The notes beneath the pieces are model-generated. The model had not been told where the DNA came from, searched no databases, and saw nothing but the letters and a program-made list of their open reading frames with translations. This document shows, piece by piece, positions 11,301-25,035 of a stretch of 64,000 nucleotides of DNA (within the stretch, counting starts at the first letter, position 1; the number at the start of each line of letters is the position of its first letter). Source of the stretch: Lytechinus pictus (Eukaryota). The position numbers were made by a program, and so were the translations under genes. The DNA lies in the NCBI RefSeq assembly GCF_037042905.1, contig NC_087247.1, positions 26,226,001-26,290,000 of the forward strand. The letters are read 5' to 3'.

Positions 11301-14300
11301 ATTATTTCAGGGACATGCATTTTCAGTAGATTGTTATCCACACTGCTGAGTGAATTTGCGATTTCTCTTCACTGCTTGATCATTTAACATAAATATGCAA
11401 AGTTGTAGGAAATGCCCTTTTTTATGACACCTTTATTGTAACACTGCTTTAAAAAATATTCATTAATATGTTGCGTCCTCTCCCCTCTCTCACGTCTTAT
11501 TTTTCAGTAAACTGAAATTATGAAAAAGATATTCCATTCTAAAAAAACTCACATGTAGGATATGGTTTGTGGGGGGGGGGGGTAAATCAAGTAGAGAGAT
11601 ATTAAGTATCCCTGTTGGTCGGATAATCTTTCCTATTGAAAACCCCCACCAGTCAGCCCAGTTTGACAATGGGGGCCGTCTCCCCATTGGAATCCCACTG
11701 ACCCAGGTCATTCTCAACATCTGGCTTTTTTTGTGAAGTTATAAGGAAACCTCAACTTCTTAGGGATGTTTTGTTTCTTTTGTTGAAATAAGACATGCCA
11801 GGTCATTTTCAACATCGGGCATTAGAGGGAATAAAATGGATCATCTTTATTTTTCAAGAGATGTTTTTTGTCTTTTTGGTTACAATAAGGCAGTTTTTAA
11901 TTGGAAATAAGAGAAATTGATTGATTTGTGTTTCATTTAATGTATTTTAGAGTGACTTTTATGCATATTAGCCATGCATATACAAACATGTTTCAATATT
12001 TTATCCACATTTTAATCTTTTCTCATGCATGTCAGACCACATCTGTTAACCCATTTCCCTGTAAACCCATTTCCCTGTAAAAATCTTATCTGAAATATGT
12101 TGATTACAGCGAAAAAGATTTTCAAATAAATGATAAGTATGTATTGCATTGTTGTCAGTTTACTTTATTTGTAAAGTGCTTCTAAAGATTGATTAACGTG
12201 ATTGGAGAGTCTGGGTATGCAATGACAAGAGCGTGGAGAGAGATTTTGCAATGAAGAAAGAGAGAGATTCTTGTGGATGATTTACTATTTCCTCAATAAC
12301 ATCATTCTGGTCTGTTTGTATTTAATCTTTTTTTCCATTCATTCTTAGGGACTTGTATTATGGTTTATTACATGTATCACCGTTTACCACAAGATCTTTA
12401 GTGTCTGCAGAAAAATGCTAATCTGTTATAATATAAAAATAATTTACCCAAAACACAATTAATTTCCGCCCATTGTGAGTAGTTGTATGAATGTTTAATT
12501 GACTCTTGTACAATAGTGAAAAAATTGCCAAGATGGCACCCCTACGTACATGCATTTGTGTGATTGTTGTGTTTTAATCTAAAGTTATAAAGATAATCAT
12601 CATCAAAACACTGCAATATCAAAGCAACATACAGTAAAGAAATATATCGGGCTTTTGAGAAAGTATAGTGGAATCATTTATCCGAGGTTGGTCTGGCAAT
12701 TACTATTTTTCCCCGAGGGGTGAAGCCCCGAGGGAAATATAGTAGTTTTGCCAGTCCAACTAAGGATTGATAATTCCCACTATGCTTTCGAAGGAAACGC
12801 CTGATATATTTGTTTTATATCCTACTTTTAATAATTTAGAACCAAAATGTATGTTCTAGTCCGGTTAGGGCCTACTTGCGTTGAACGACCTACCGCCCAG
12901 TGGAACGCAAATTAGTGCCTGCGCCAATGCATCACGGGACTTGCCCGGGAGAGAAAGCTTGCTGACCGATGCGCCCGATAAACTAAATATCCAGTTTTCT
13001 GAAATAATGACGTCAGAATATTGGTATAGCGAAAAATATATCGAGGTCTGACGTCACGCAACATCATAGTTGAAATATATTTGGTCACATGATGCTATTT
13101 ACACCAATCACTATACAGGATTAATATATGTAGGGTATAATACTAAATATTTTGACTCGAGACAGGATACATACATTGTACAACACACTAGACAAGACCT
13201 TTTCCACTCTTAGAAGAAGCATCACCCTAATATACAACTGTAATTAGATTCTGAGTTATCAGATATATGTCTATACAAATTAATATTTTTATGTTTGTTT
13301 TATTTTGAAGATAAAATTGTATTTTCTTGTTGTTTTTCTTTTGTTTAGCTGTGTGTCCTTTGATATGAGAGGTGTCGGCGAGTCTGATGCTCCATTGGGT
13401 GTCAAGAATTATAGCATAGATGAACTTGTCAGTAAGTCTGCTCCTTCTTTCTCTAACTCGTTGGCTGTCCTGGATGATTATGAATTTGAATGTCTAAATC
13501 ACTAATGCTGTGGAGATCTTCTCATTGGCAATGTGACCGAGATTCATGATGTCACAAAAGTTTGACTCTCCCCTTTGTACACTGAAAATATACCTCAAAA
13601 CATCTATTTTTGCTCATTCTTATGATATTAATACAATTCTTTGTCCATGATGTGTTTCAGAACCCCTATAACATGTCCTTCCATGGGGAAAAAAGAACAC
13701 ACCTTATCTGTTGATAGACTTGATGGAAATGGCAATTTTAAAGTAAAATATGTAGAATAGTACTTTAGGAGTTGTACCACTGTGACATATCACATATTGA
13801 CTTCATTGCCAAAGGAAAGATGTCCATGTCATTTGTGATGTCAATATTTGAATGCTCAAACTTTTTTTTTTTTCTGTTTTCACACAAGGTAACTTGTTGC
13901 TGGAGTTTTATTTTTCCTTAGATATCAAAGTTGACTGTCACCATATCATAATAGATCTAGATTGTGGAATAATAAAATCTAAACTGAAATGCAATCACAC
14001 TGAAAATCGCCAACAAAGGCAGGCTTGGAAATAAACCGACTCCTGGCTGTATTCTCATTTTAGCAATTTGGCAATTCCATAGGTTGGTGGACATGAGCTT
14101 AAAAATTCAAATTCAATATATAGCCCATCTGATCTGTACATTTTAATTGTGTTTTCCTTACTTATACCTATTGCTGGTTCTTTAATTGATGTTGAGGGCT
14201 TGAGGCAAGAAATGGAATGCATTTGTTTTACAATGTACATTTTTTAATTTACACAGCCCAAGCCAGATCTCGTACAGTTTAGCGAATACATTACCAATAG

Positions 14301-17300
14301 ACTGACCAATAAGTAAAAGAGAGGAGAAAACTTATTCAGAATGTTACCTTTAAAAATAAATTGGTGTCTGAAATCCTGCTCATATTATTACAGAAACAGA
14401 AACATGAATCTTACACACATTATTGAGTTTTTAGATGACATTTATGTTGTTGACCATACATGGACAAAATGTAGCGTGAGTAACCGTAACGTGAGTAACC
14501 ACTTTATCCGCACCCCTAGTAAAAACCATGTGTTCTTTATTTTTTGAATTATATACAAAGTTTGTCTCCCTAATATACTTCTTTGAAATGGATATAATCA
14601 ACTTTCATAAAAGCCTTGTATGAGGACACTTTTCACTTACACATGTATGTCGCGTCATGTACGTCATGTACGGCCGCGTCAGACCAAAAGACGTAAAAAG
14701 ATGGGAGTTGCTGCTACCCTGTTTGGCGTTCAACGATTAAAGGGATAGAGCTTCGTCGATCTGGCGCTGCACAGCGGCCGCCGGTCCCACGATCAATTGG
14801 GCAAAGCAAATTTTCGGAGTATTTCATTTCATGTCTATTTCGAACAATAAATTATGGATTTATCATTTATTATTATCATGTCGACTTTTCATTTTATGCA
14901 TGTCCAAATCATGTAACATGAGTAACCGACACATTTCAAGGATTTGCCAGGAGCATAATTAAATTTCTCAAGTTTTGTTTTTATACAAAGGATAGTCAGA
15001 CTGCGTACTTTGTTGTGATAAAGAGATGTTTAGTTCCTATCAATAATAATGGAGTTACAGCTCCAAGTATGAGTCAAGGTGTCTCCAAATGTAACGTGGG
15101 TAACCTTGGAATAGCCCAATTGCATGTTTTCTACGAGAATGATTCAGTACATACTTTTGTTTACATAGGATGGTGGTTTCATTGAATTCTGTTGAATTCA
15201 TTTTGAGATTATTTATTACCACAGCTGGCATATATCTTTGAGTAATGGTTTACTCACATCATTATTTTTGTTGTGTGCAGGTGATGTGAGCGAATTGGTG
15301 AAAGTTCTCGGTTACACATCCTGCGTTGTCGTTGGACATGATTGGGGTGGAGCAATCGCTTGGGAGTTTGCTTCCCGCTATCCAGACCTGGTGGAGAAAT
15401 TGATCAACATGAATATACCCCACCTCGAAAGGTTTAGGGAGGTTATGGAGAGTGGTACATCTCAGCTTTTCATGTCATGGTGAGTTGACCTTTTACCTGT
15501 TGTTACATTCCCGCAAGCAGGGTAGCTGTTATGTATTAAAAACTTATCAGCACTGACAAGTTTTAGTTCTCTAACAGTTGCCTTAGTACAGATATGCCAC
15601 TTTTTAGACTAAAATCTGAATTCAGACCATTTTGGCATATTTTCAGATGGTTTTCAGACTTTTAAAGGTGGCATTCCTTATGCCAACATGGCCAACATGG
15701 CGAAAAAACTTACATGGGGGGCTCGGGGAGATTTTGCCCCTGAAAAGGTCACAAGCAAGAGCCCTGGTCAGATTTTGGATGATCAAAGGGGGTTGATATG
15801 CTAGACAGTGCAGAACATGCATACAGCACTGCTGCATGCAAACATGGAATGGGCTGAAAAGCACCAATGTTCCATGAGAGATTGTACATTCAAAACCACT
15901 GAAGCAAGACCAATGACATTTTTAGAGAAGTTAGAACATGAAATGAGCTTCCCTGTTCGGCACATATAATTGAGAATGATATTCAGTTTTGGAATTAATT
16001 CAGCCGTATATCAGGGGCATTTTTGGGGACATGCTGTATTAATAATAAAAACTAATTCAGAGCTAGTATTAGTAATTACCTTTCCTGTTGGTCTGTTACA
16101 AAAATGTTAACGTTTTTGTTCAACTTGCTCTCATTTCTTTATTTATGCACAAATTATGTTCATATTTAGGACATATAATCCTTGAGTATTATCACATGTG
16201 TGCCTAAGAGGATGATGGGGTCAAAGGTCATCTAGGGATCAAATGATATGAGGTCATGTCCATCCTTATTTTGAAAGTTTTGTTCAACTTCTTTAATTAT
16301 TTCTTCATCAGTTTTTGGTTTGGGTAATACCATATGTGTGCCCATGAGGATGATGGGGTTAAAGGTCATCTATGGATTAAAATATCAAGTTTTTGTTTAA
16401 CTTGCTCTCATTTCTTTATTTCTGCATCAATTATGTTCACACTTCGTACATGTTGATGAGGTCAAAAGGTCAAATGATGTGAGCTCATGTCCATCCTATT
16501 TCAAGTTTTTGTTCAACTTCTCTCATTTCTTTATTTCTGCATCAATAATGTTTACACTTGGTACAAATTATCTTTTGGAAATACCACATGTTCATGAGAA
16601 TGATAAATGCAAAGGTCATCTAGGGGTCAAACGATCATATTGCATGTTGATAAAAAAATCGGCGAAACTCATTCGTGAACCACCTTGTTTATTTTACACC
16701 TGGGGCCTGTTTCAGACTTGCAACTGTTGTAACTTTGCCATAATGGCAACTACCATGGAAACCTTAATTGTGATTGGCTGCTGAGCCCTGTTACCACAGG
16801 TAGTTGCCAATTTTTTTCTTGCCATTATGGCAAAAGTTACAACAGTTGCAAGTCCTTTATGAAACGGGTCCCAGGTTTTGATGAAACTTTCAGCATTATC
16901 TTTGTTTGAATTTACTCTAGTTATTCAAATCAAAATTTTTTTGCTGGACTTGCCATTTGATAACTCTCTATATATGAACAAATTTTGTTGAATGTGGAGC
17001 TGATGTATTTTTCACAGCCCATATCCATTTTGCAGCAGTGTGTAATGGGCCAAATAACATAAAGTTTGTAAATTGAAGCAAGAATTCAAGAAACCTGGGG
17101 AGCGTTTCATCAACACTTTTGTTGAACAAAGTGTCAAGTCTGACAACTTTCCTTGAGAATGATTGGCTGAGAGTCACCTTTACCATGGCAACTGTTGGAT
17201 AAAACATCTGACAAGTCCTTTCATGAAACGCTCCCCCGATCCTTACTGATCTATCTTTGCTGCAAGAAATGCATGCAATAGTAATCTTGATAGGTCTTTC

Positions 17301-20300
17301 CATTTTGCGATGATTGCAAATATGTTAAACGACCCAGATGTCTTAAATACATGTAATACCTATCATACCTTCTCATTGCAGTATGATGTGTTCATTTTCA
17401 TGTCATGTTCAATTTTTTTTCATGCATTTCTGCATTTATGAGTTAATTCTTTATATGTATATTTCACTCCTTCCTTTTCTCTCAAGGTATATTATGTTCT
17501 TCCAGTTACCCCGTCTTCCTGAAATTTTGATCTCAATGGGGGACTACGCCATGATCAAAGCGGCTTGTAAGAAAGGTCCCACAACCGATGAAGATATAGA
17601 AGCCTTCAAGTACTCTATGAGCAGACCAGGTAAAAATTCATTTATCTTCATTAAACCACTGTCAACCAAATGCATGAATCAGCTGTAGGAAGTACATGAG
17701 GGCAACAGGCGATTTTGCCCTCATGACAGTCAAAATTGCCCCTAAATTTAACCCAAAATGCATGCTTTGGGGGATCTCCCACAAAAAATATTCAAGATTA
17801 TTTAGAAAATCATTATTCTAATTATGGCAGAATACTGATATAATTGCTTGTTACCCCTAAAAAGTAGCCTCTAAAATGGAAGAAATTTCTCCTGAAATAC
17901 CAATTGCCCCAATATGGACAAAAATATAGCCCCTGAAAATAAGAATTATTTTGTAGCCTGATTTCAATATACTGTATTTTATATTATCTATGTAAGACCA
18001 TGAATGCATATTTTATTTTGACGTCTATGTTCATTACTCCTGTTTTCCTGTTTATGGTTTCTGGAAAAGAAATTTGACACAAAACCTGAAATCTGATTAC
18101 ATGAGTGTATGGAGCAAGATAATCACACATTTTGATGCCAGTATTCTTACTGTTAGATTAAAATGAGCCAATATTTGTAAGTGTCAAATAGTCTTTTAGG
18201 ATAAAAAATACTCTTGATGTTCATACAAAAGGATCAAAGTACAAGTCCACAAAGGACAATGAAGTAAATAGAGTCTAGTAAAATCAAACAAGTAAAATAT
18301 GTCTAGATAATATGCCTCTCCCAACCTTATATATGTAGGTGATTTTAAAGACTCAAAAGGAGGCATTTTATTTTCTGGTCTGTCCCATTTATGTTCTAGA
18401 AATAACTCTAAACATAGTAACATAACCTCTTTGTGTGTATTCATTAATGCTTTGAGGCCATTGTTAATGTAGTTGTCAAGTAGGTAAAGCTCAATGACTT
18501 CACTCCTTATACAGCTTATTCACTGATATGTTACATGTACATATACCTTGACATGTATCTGGGTAAAAATGAAACATTTTTTATGGTTTTGTGAACATTT
18601 TTTTGTGTGCATTGGGTTTCATGTAAATGTGCTTGAATGTAGGTTATGAATGTAGGTTAAATGTATATAAAAATGGGAAATTTGAGGTAATCCGTGCTTG
18701 TGAAGGACATGACTTTAAGCTTTTAACCCCCAAGCATGCCTGCAGGCATGCTTCGGAACCAAATACATACATACATACACCTTAAAAAATATGTATGGTT
18801 TAGTGATTTTTCCTTTTAGTATTAAAGCTAGCTGCCAATTTTTTTTCATATTTCAAAATTAATTTGGCTGTTAAACACTTAAAAACAATTGGAAGTTGAT
18901 TTTATCTCTCGCTGTTTGTAAAGGTACTCATGACTTTACAAACAATTGGAATTTGAGATAACTGTAAAAGGTGTGCTTGATTTGACATGTAAGATGAAGT
19001 TCAGTAGATCTCCTTTAGTATAGGTATTCACACATTTACAAACAATGAAATTTGATCTTATCCCTGTTTGTAAAAGTATTCATGACTCAACAGGTCATTG
19101 GAACAAGATCGAGTTGATCCCTGTGTGTAACGTATGCATTACTTGACATATAATTGGACTTTGAATCACTGCAAAGGCTATTGGAATGCAGGATTTTTGA
19201 AGGGGGGTTCAGCTGAATGAAATGTTGACAAGTGACAACCCCCCCCCCCTTCAAAAAAAAAAAAATAGCTTCAACACAAATTGTAGGTCGTTTCATACCA
19301 AAAAAAATTTGAAAAAAAAAGTCAACAAAATTTTAGGGGGGGGGGGTTGAACGCCTAAAACCGTTGATCCCTGTTGTGTAAATTATGTACCTGTATGATA
19401 TTGATAATACGTTTATCCAAAGTAAAGTTTTATAAAAAATCACAATTACACAATGCATTATAACTAATGAGCTGTACATCAAATGAAATAACAGATCCCT
19501 GAACATGTATTTTCTTTCACATCTCATGTGGCAAATTTATGAGGATGTGAAAGCAAACATTTTCAATAAAATTCTGAAAAAGAAAAAAGTATGGCAAGTT
19601 TCTTCATGTTAAAGAATTTTCAGGTTTATGTGAGACAAGATGATAACAAACTGAATTTCCCAGTGAATAATCAGTCCCTTAATTCAATTGAATAAAGATG
19701 AAATGGGCAGAAATCATTGATTTGTTTTAATTTTTTTATTATTAAAGATTCAAGATACAAACTGATCGATTAATCATGCTACCACCCGCCCTAAAAAAGG
19801 CAAAAAACATAAACATTCTGTTTCTGCATTTGACATCAATACTTGAAATGTAAAGGCAAAATATATATATACAAACATATGAATGGTATTGGGTAATTGG
19901 CTCGGTTTCATGACATTTGCCCCGGTGACTGTTGCGATCAAAATATGCATGTTAAAGCAAAACATAAAAATAAACCAAACATAAAATCTAATCTCCAAAG
20001 ATGAAATAAGCCCTAATCCTTATCTATACATTATTCTGACCAAAAAAAGAATCCTAACTCTAACCCTATGCCCTCTAAGACATTAAGGACCAGAGCATGA
20101 TGTCGCACGAGCAAAAGTTGTTTCACCATTGGCTTAACATCCTAGGCCCTTTTCATATTTCCAAAATGCAGACTTTTTATTTTCATATATTCTTTATTTT
20201 GCTATTTTCTTTTTCTTAAGGTCGGATAACTTCATTCTTGAACTATTACCGGGCAATGGTCCGGTATCCACCGAAGGACGGGAGAGATAAGATCCAATGT

Positions 20301-20480
20301 CCTACCCTACTTATCTGGGGAACAGGGGATACAGCCCTCCACACTGATAATTCCTACGGGACAGAGAAGTTCTGCGAAGATCTTACAGTGGAGCGTATAG
20401 AAGGAGGCGATCATTTCATCCAACAGGAACGACCTAACGAAGTTAATGAGATCATGAGGAAGTATCTTGCTGACCATTAG
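8301..20480 (+). CDS. EPHX4: Epoxide hydrolase 3/4-like alpha/beta hydrolase, complete, 6 exons, 338 aa
   Basis: Exons 8301-8507, 11040-11164, 13349-13431, 15281-15479, 17487-17629, 20221-20480 are GT-AG and in frame. N-terminal hydrophobic anchor, [22 protein letters not shown], nucleophile GHDWGG, lid tyrosines (SWYIMFFQ, LNYYRA), WGTGD acid, GDHFIQQE His. Strong Kozak ACACCATGG. EPHX3 versus EPHX4 orthology is not resolvable by eye. Confidence 0.93.
9955..10550. mobile_element. Kolobok-like MITE, separate family
   Basis: AAAGGGGAATCCAACC ... GGCTGGATTCCCCT|TTAA; arm GGTGAAAGTTTGAACAATATTGGACAA mirrored by TTGTCCGATTTCTTTCAAACTTTCACC. Confidence 0.65.
16703..16871. mobile_element. Second copy of the Harbinger-type palindromic MITE (a partial third copy lies at about 37200-37310)
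   Basis: Closely similar to 40499-40655; flanks CTG / CAG. Confidence 0.75.
17098..17235. mobile_element. Related Harbinger-type MITE (other copies at about 186-330 and 39933-40047)
   Basis: GGGAGCGTTTCAT ... ATGAAACGCTCCC termini. Confidence 0.65.
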
Positions 20481-23259
20481 ATTCCTCAGGTCAAGCCAAG
20501 CCTGTCTCTCTCAACTTTTTTGCATTCATTTGTTGTTAGGAAATGCATTGCCTTTCTTTGTTGAGCAATGAAACAATCATACTGAACCTAGACATTGGAC
20601 AGACGTTGAATTATGTAGAATTGGAATAAGTTCTAGAACAAGATATGTATTTCATCTGATTTTTCTTAGTTTTGCTTTTGATTAGAGCTTCAGGAATCAT
20701 ATTATTGAATTGCACCATACCTTTTCCAAAATGAAATTTACGGATGACATATATCAATTAAAATATAATTAAGAAATAATTGAAGACAATCAACCAATCA
20801 AATTAATCAAATGGTCAGTCCACAATCACAGCAACTCAGCATCCCTAACTTTTCGAAAGACACATGCAATCTGCCAGAATAAATAAAGGTACAAGAGAAA
20901 AAAAAAGTTCTTATGGTTTAGTGATTATAATATATCATATGAACATATATAATACATAAGAAATTGATCCAATATGGCAATTTCTTTCACATGCATTTGC
21001 TAAGAACACCACAAAGAGTTTCTACACCAAACATTTGGACAGTTTGAGCTTTATTTAGCAAGCTAGAGGAAAAAGTATGATTTTGGATACTAAATTATGC
21101 ATATAATTAGCATAATTAATAGCAATTTGCATGAAATAGATTAGAATTTTGTAGATTATGTCCTATACAATCTGCGTGCCAATTTTCAGCATGATCGTGT
21201 GTTCGACGCTCAAGATCTCTAGGGGGGCCTGCGTGCTCCCCCCCCCCCCGCCATATGATCTCCCGGCCATGATAGGGTTAAACATAAATTTATTGTGGCA
21301 TACAAGTGCGCTAGATTTAAGCAACTCGGCACTAAACCATCAGAATATTTTCTCTCTTTCCCTGGAAAATACAATATCATAATCAAAATACATACCCGAA
21401 AAATCAGGAAAAATACACGTTATTAAGCAGCTACTAATTATCTGGCTGTAAAAATAATCACCAAGCATCCGCATACTCAGAGTTTGCCAGCAGTCGGAAA
21501 ATCAAATTATGTTGGAAGTTGTCCAAAATCCCCATAAGATTAGGGGAGAGGACGACTAATTACTTGAAGCTGCTAGTTTTTTACATCAGCGGTAGCTCTG
21601 AAACTGCTGTGTAACTCTGCGTAATAAAGATTATTGTCTAATGAGAAACTCCCCAAAATGGCCAATTCCTATTGGTCAATAACCTAGAATAACATCACTT
21701 AACTATGAGAGTGGCGTGATGTAACAATATCTTCTTTAGACGTGTGTCTCAAACTATTTTCTAAAATATAAATTTCACTTAAACAGATTCTTTGCTTAGA
21801 AAATAACAGAAGGTAGACATTATTTTGCCTGTAGGTAAATCACTTTGAGTCGTGTTCACATATCAAATGAAATTAAAATTAAGGTTAATTAAGACAACCA
21901 CATCTTATGGCAGTTTAGTCTTAACTAATCACTAAATATACAAATGATAAATTGCCACTACACATAGAGTGTATATTAAATTTTATTATAACTTATTTCC
22001 TAGTTCTAAATGAAAGTGATTTATTTGCTCTTTGTTCATTCACTGTTTGCTGGTAATCATCAAACATGTTTTAATCGGTTCCATGGCATTTACTCCGGTG
22101 ACAATTTCTCCGCTGCAAATTCCACACATTAATGGAATAATCAACTTCGCCCTGGATTTATCACTATACCCTATCCTAAACCTAACATAACACCCTATTC
22201 CAACCCTAAACCTAACCCTGTATCTTAGACGAAATAAAGCCTGGAGCAACTGTCGCTGTAGCAACTGTCGTGTTACCGTTTTGATCATGAAAAGCTAGGC
22301 AGTAATTGGGAGCGATGTTCCCCTTGATATTACTGTATTCACTTTTAGTATAGAAAAAATAAATTTGCTACGCAAGAATTTTTCGCTGCCACGTTTCATG
22401 ACTTTTATATTTGTAGTCCAGCACATCATCTGAAACAGAATTCGCATTGCCGGTATATGGTTATGTTATGCATGAGTGACAATCCCAAACCCCAATGAAA
22501 CTGAATTTCAAGCTCATATTCACCAGTGTTTGCTTACTTAAAAGCACATCAGTAATCCATCTTTATTTGTCCTCTTTCATCTTTGTGTGTACTTATTTTA
22601 TTTTGAAGCCCATGAAAATTTACCAATTGATAATGAATTTAATGATAATGTGAATGATACTTGTATATATATTAAATATGCTACTACTTATTGTACATAT
22701 TGATTATTAGTGCTACCAGTTGTATCCCCTGTCATCCAGATACTCTTCACCAGTCAAATCTTCAGAATTTACGATGGCTTGACGTTGACCAGGCATATAA
22801 GAATGTCAAGCGGTCATGTGGGGAGCGTTTCCTATGGTAACTGTCGGATGAACCAGAACTTGATGGATGAAACATTCGATACTGGCCCAATTTCATGCAT
22901 CGGGGAAGAGTCGGGTAGATAGGTTTTGGGCCAGCCGAATGGGGAAAGGGGAATAGGGCAATTCCATGCTTGAAAAATCAGCCATTTCCACAACACTTTT
23001 CAACCTGCTGTCTAAACAAATGAGGAACTTCAATTTGTTTTGTAGTAATAATAAAGTACTATTGGGTAGTCGGATAAAAATATTACAACCAACAAAAATA
23101 TGTTGTCCATGGGTGAATTAGAGGTGAAAATGTTGTGTGTCGTACAACACACAACATTTTCACATTTAATTCACCTATAATCAAACACTTTTTGTTGTGG
23201 GTTTTTCACATGACTTCACCCATAATATCACTGACCAAAAAAAGTTTATTGCTCGAGCA

Positions 23260-23556
23260 TAAATAATAGACAATAATAGACAGTTCTTGTATAGCGCATA
23301 ACACATTATGAATAACCTCTCTATGCGCTTCCAAAGGTCTTTGATATCATTACCCCGGCTGTAGCTCAAGCAGCCTTCCAGCGCTCAGTGCTTTTCAAGG
23401 AATAAATTCCTGCCAGGTACCCATTCACCTCACCTGGGTTGAGTGCAGCACAATGTGGATAAATTTCTTGCTGAAGGAAACTACGCCATGGCTGGGATTT
23501 GAACCCACCAGTCTCTGTTTTAAAGCCCAGAGACTAATCCACTGGGCCACAACATG
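23260..23556 (-). mobile_element. tRNA-derived SINE with CORE-like centre
   Basis: Minus strand: A box TGGCCCAGTGG, B box GGTTCAAATCC, centre CACTCAACCCAGGTGAGGTGAATGGGTACC, tail AAGCGC...GCGCTATA...TATTATT. Confidence 0.8.
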
Positions 23557-24403
23557 CAGTGGATACAGCTATATAAGAGACTAGAAGTTGCTGAATTGTC
23601 CCGTACAACATGTATGGAATCGCCCATTGACTCGTGGATTCCTTTCATTCGGTGTCATTAAACAGGTGAACATTCACAACACATGTCACAATTTCTTTGT
23701 CGAACTCTTTTGTAAGGAGTAGCTTTTTTGCCCAAGCGCGTATCGAGTGGTGAACAGGTCTCGTCAAGCTGCCAATAATGTTTATTCTCTTAATTTCTCT
23801 AATTTGAACACATGTTGCTGAAATCACAGTTGCGTCCACTTGTATATCTTGTGCACTTATTGAGGAATCACTTTGATGTGTTGGTGTTGCCTTATTCTGT
23901 ATACTGTATTGTGTGAAATTGAGAATTGTCGATGAGATTGTCTTTTTGAGAAGCAAGTCTTGAAATATATAAACTTCCAAAATAACTATTTGACAGCTCA
24001 CATCTCATATATGCTAGAGCATATTTTTGCCAGCTCTTCTTTTCTGCATCACCCAAAGTAAGATTTCATTTATTTCATGTCAGCAGTGACTTTTTTATAC
24101 CCCCGCCAAATAAAGTTTGATGGGTTTGTGTGTAAATGTAGGACCCATTTCTTAATTAATATTGTGGAAATTGTGTTGCCATGATAATTGTATAATGCCA
24201 ATGAGTTAAAATATTTAAAGCTGAAACTGCTACCTATTTTTCCTTCAATTCATTGTGAGACTTGCCTAATACATTGATCTTGGGGTGAAGATGTGAAAAT
24301 GCATCCATATCATATATAGGCCTGTAAGAAAAAAGAGAGTTACCATGGATATGGTGTATTATGGCAAGTACAAAAAGAAAAAATAGCCTGAGGGTAACCC
24401 CCA

Positions 24404-25035
24404 TTTTTGTCTCGCCTCCGTAGCAGAGCGAGATTATAGGCGCCGCTTTTCTGACGGCGGCGGCGGCTGTGGCGTCAACATTGAAATCTTAACCTATAAA
24501 GGTGAAGTTTTTGAAATGACATAACTTAAAAAGTATATGGACGGTATGGACCTAGTTCATGAAACTTGGACATAGGGTAGTCAAGTATTAATGAACATCC
24601 TGGCCGAGTTTCAGGTCACATGACCAATGTCAAAGATCATTTAGGGTCAATGAACTTTGGCCATGTTGGGGGGAATTTGTTGAATTTCCATCATATCTTT
24701 GAAAGTTTATGGAGCTAGTTCATAAAAATTGAACATAAGAGTAATCAAGTATCACTGAATATCCTGTGCGAGTTTCAGGTCACATAACCAAGGTCAAAGG
24801 TCATGTAAGGTCCACGAACTTTGACCATGTTGGGGTAATCAAGTATCATCGCTCATCTTTCACAAGTCCTAGGTCACTTGATCAAGGTCAAATGTCATTC
24901 AGGGTCAATGAACGTTGTATTACTATATGAATGGTGTTTTTGCGAATAATTATTTATAGTCGTTTTCAAAGTCAGCACTGCTGCTATATTGAATCGCGTA
25001 AAGCAGGCGAGACTGCCAGAGGCCCCCCACTTGTT
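24404..25035 (+). mobile_element. Helentron-associated (HINE-like) non-autonomous element with internal tandem repeats
   Basis: TTTTTGTCTCGCC start, subterminal inverted GGCGAGAC near 25006, CTTGTT end, (GGC)n microsatellite, about 170-bp GGTCACATGACCAAGGTCAAAGGTCA units. 3' fragment at about 59440-59610 and a related array at about 16100-16690. Confidence 0.6.

Noticed and set aside
22170-22222. Telomere-like (AACCCT) repeats
   Set aside because: Degenerate and internal to a dispersed MITE family seen three times in the window.
22710-24001. ORFs 22710-22922 (+) and 23645-24001 (-)
   Set aside because: No recognisable motifs or convincing splice partners; the first overlaps a Harbinger MITE fragment.
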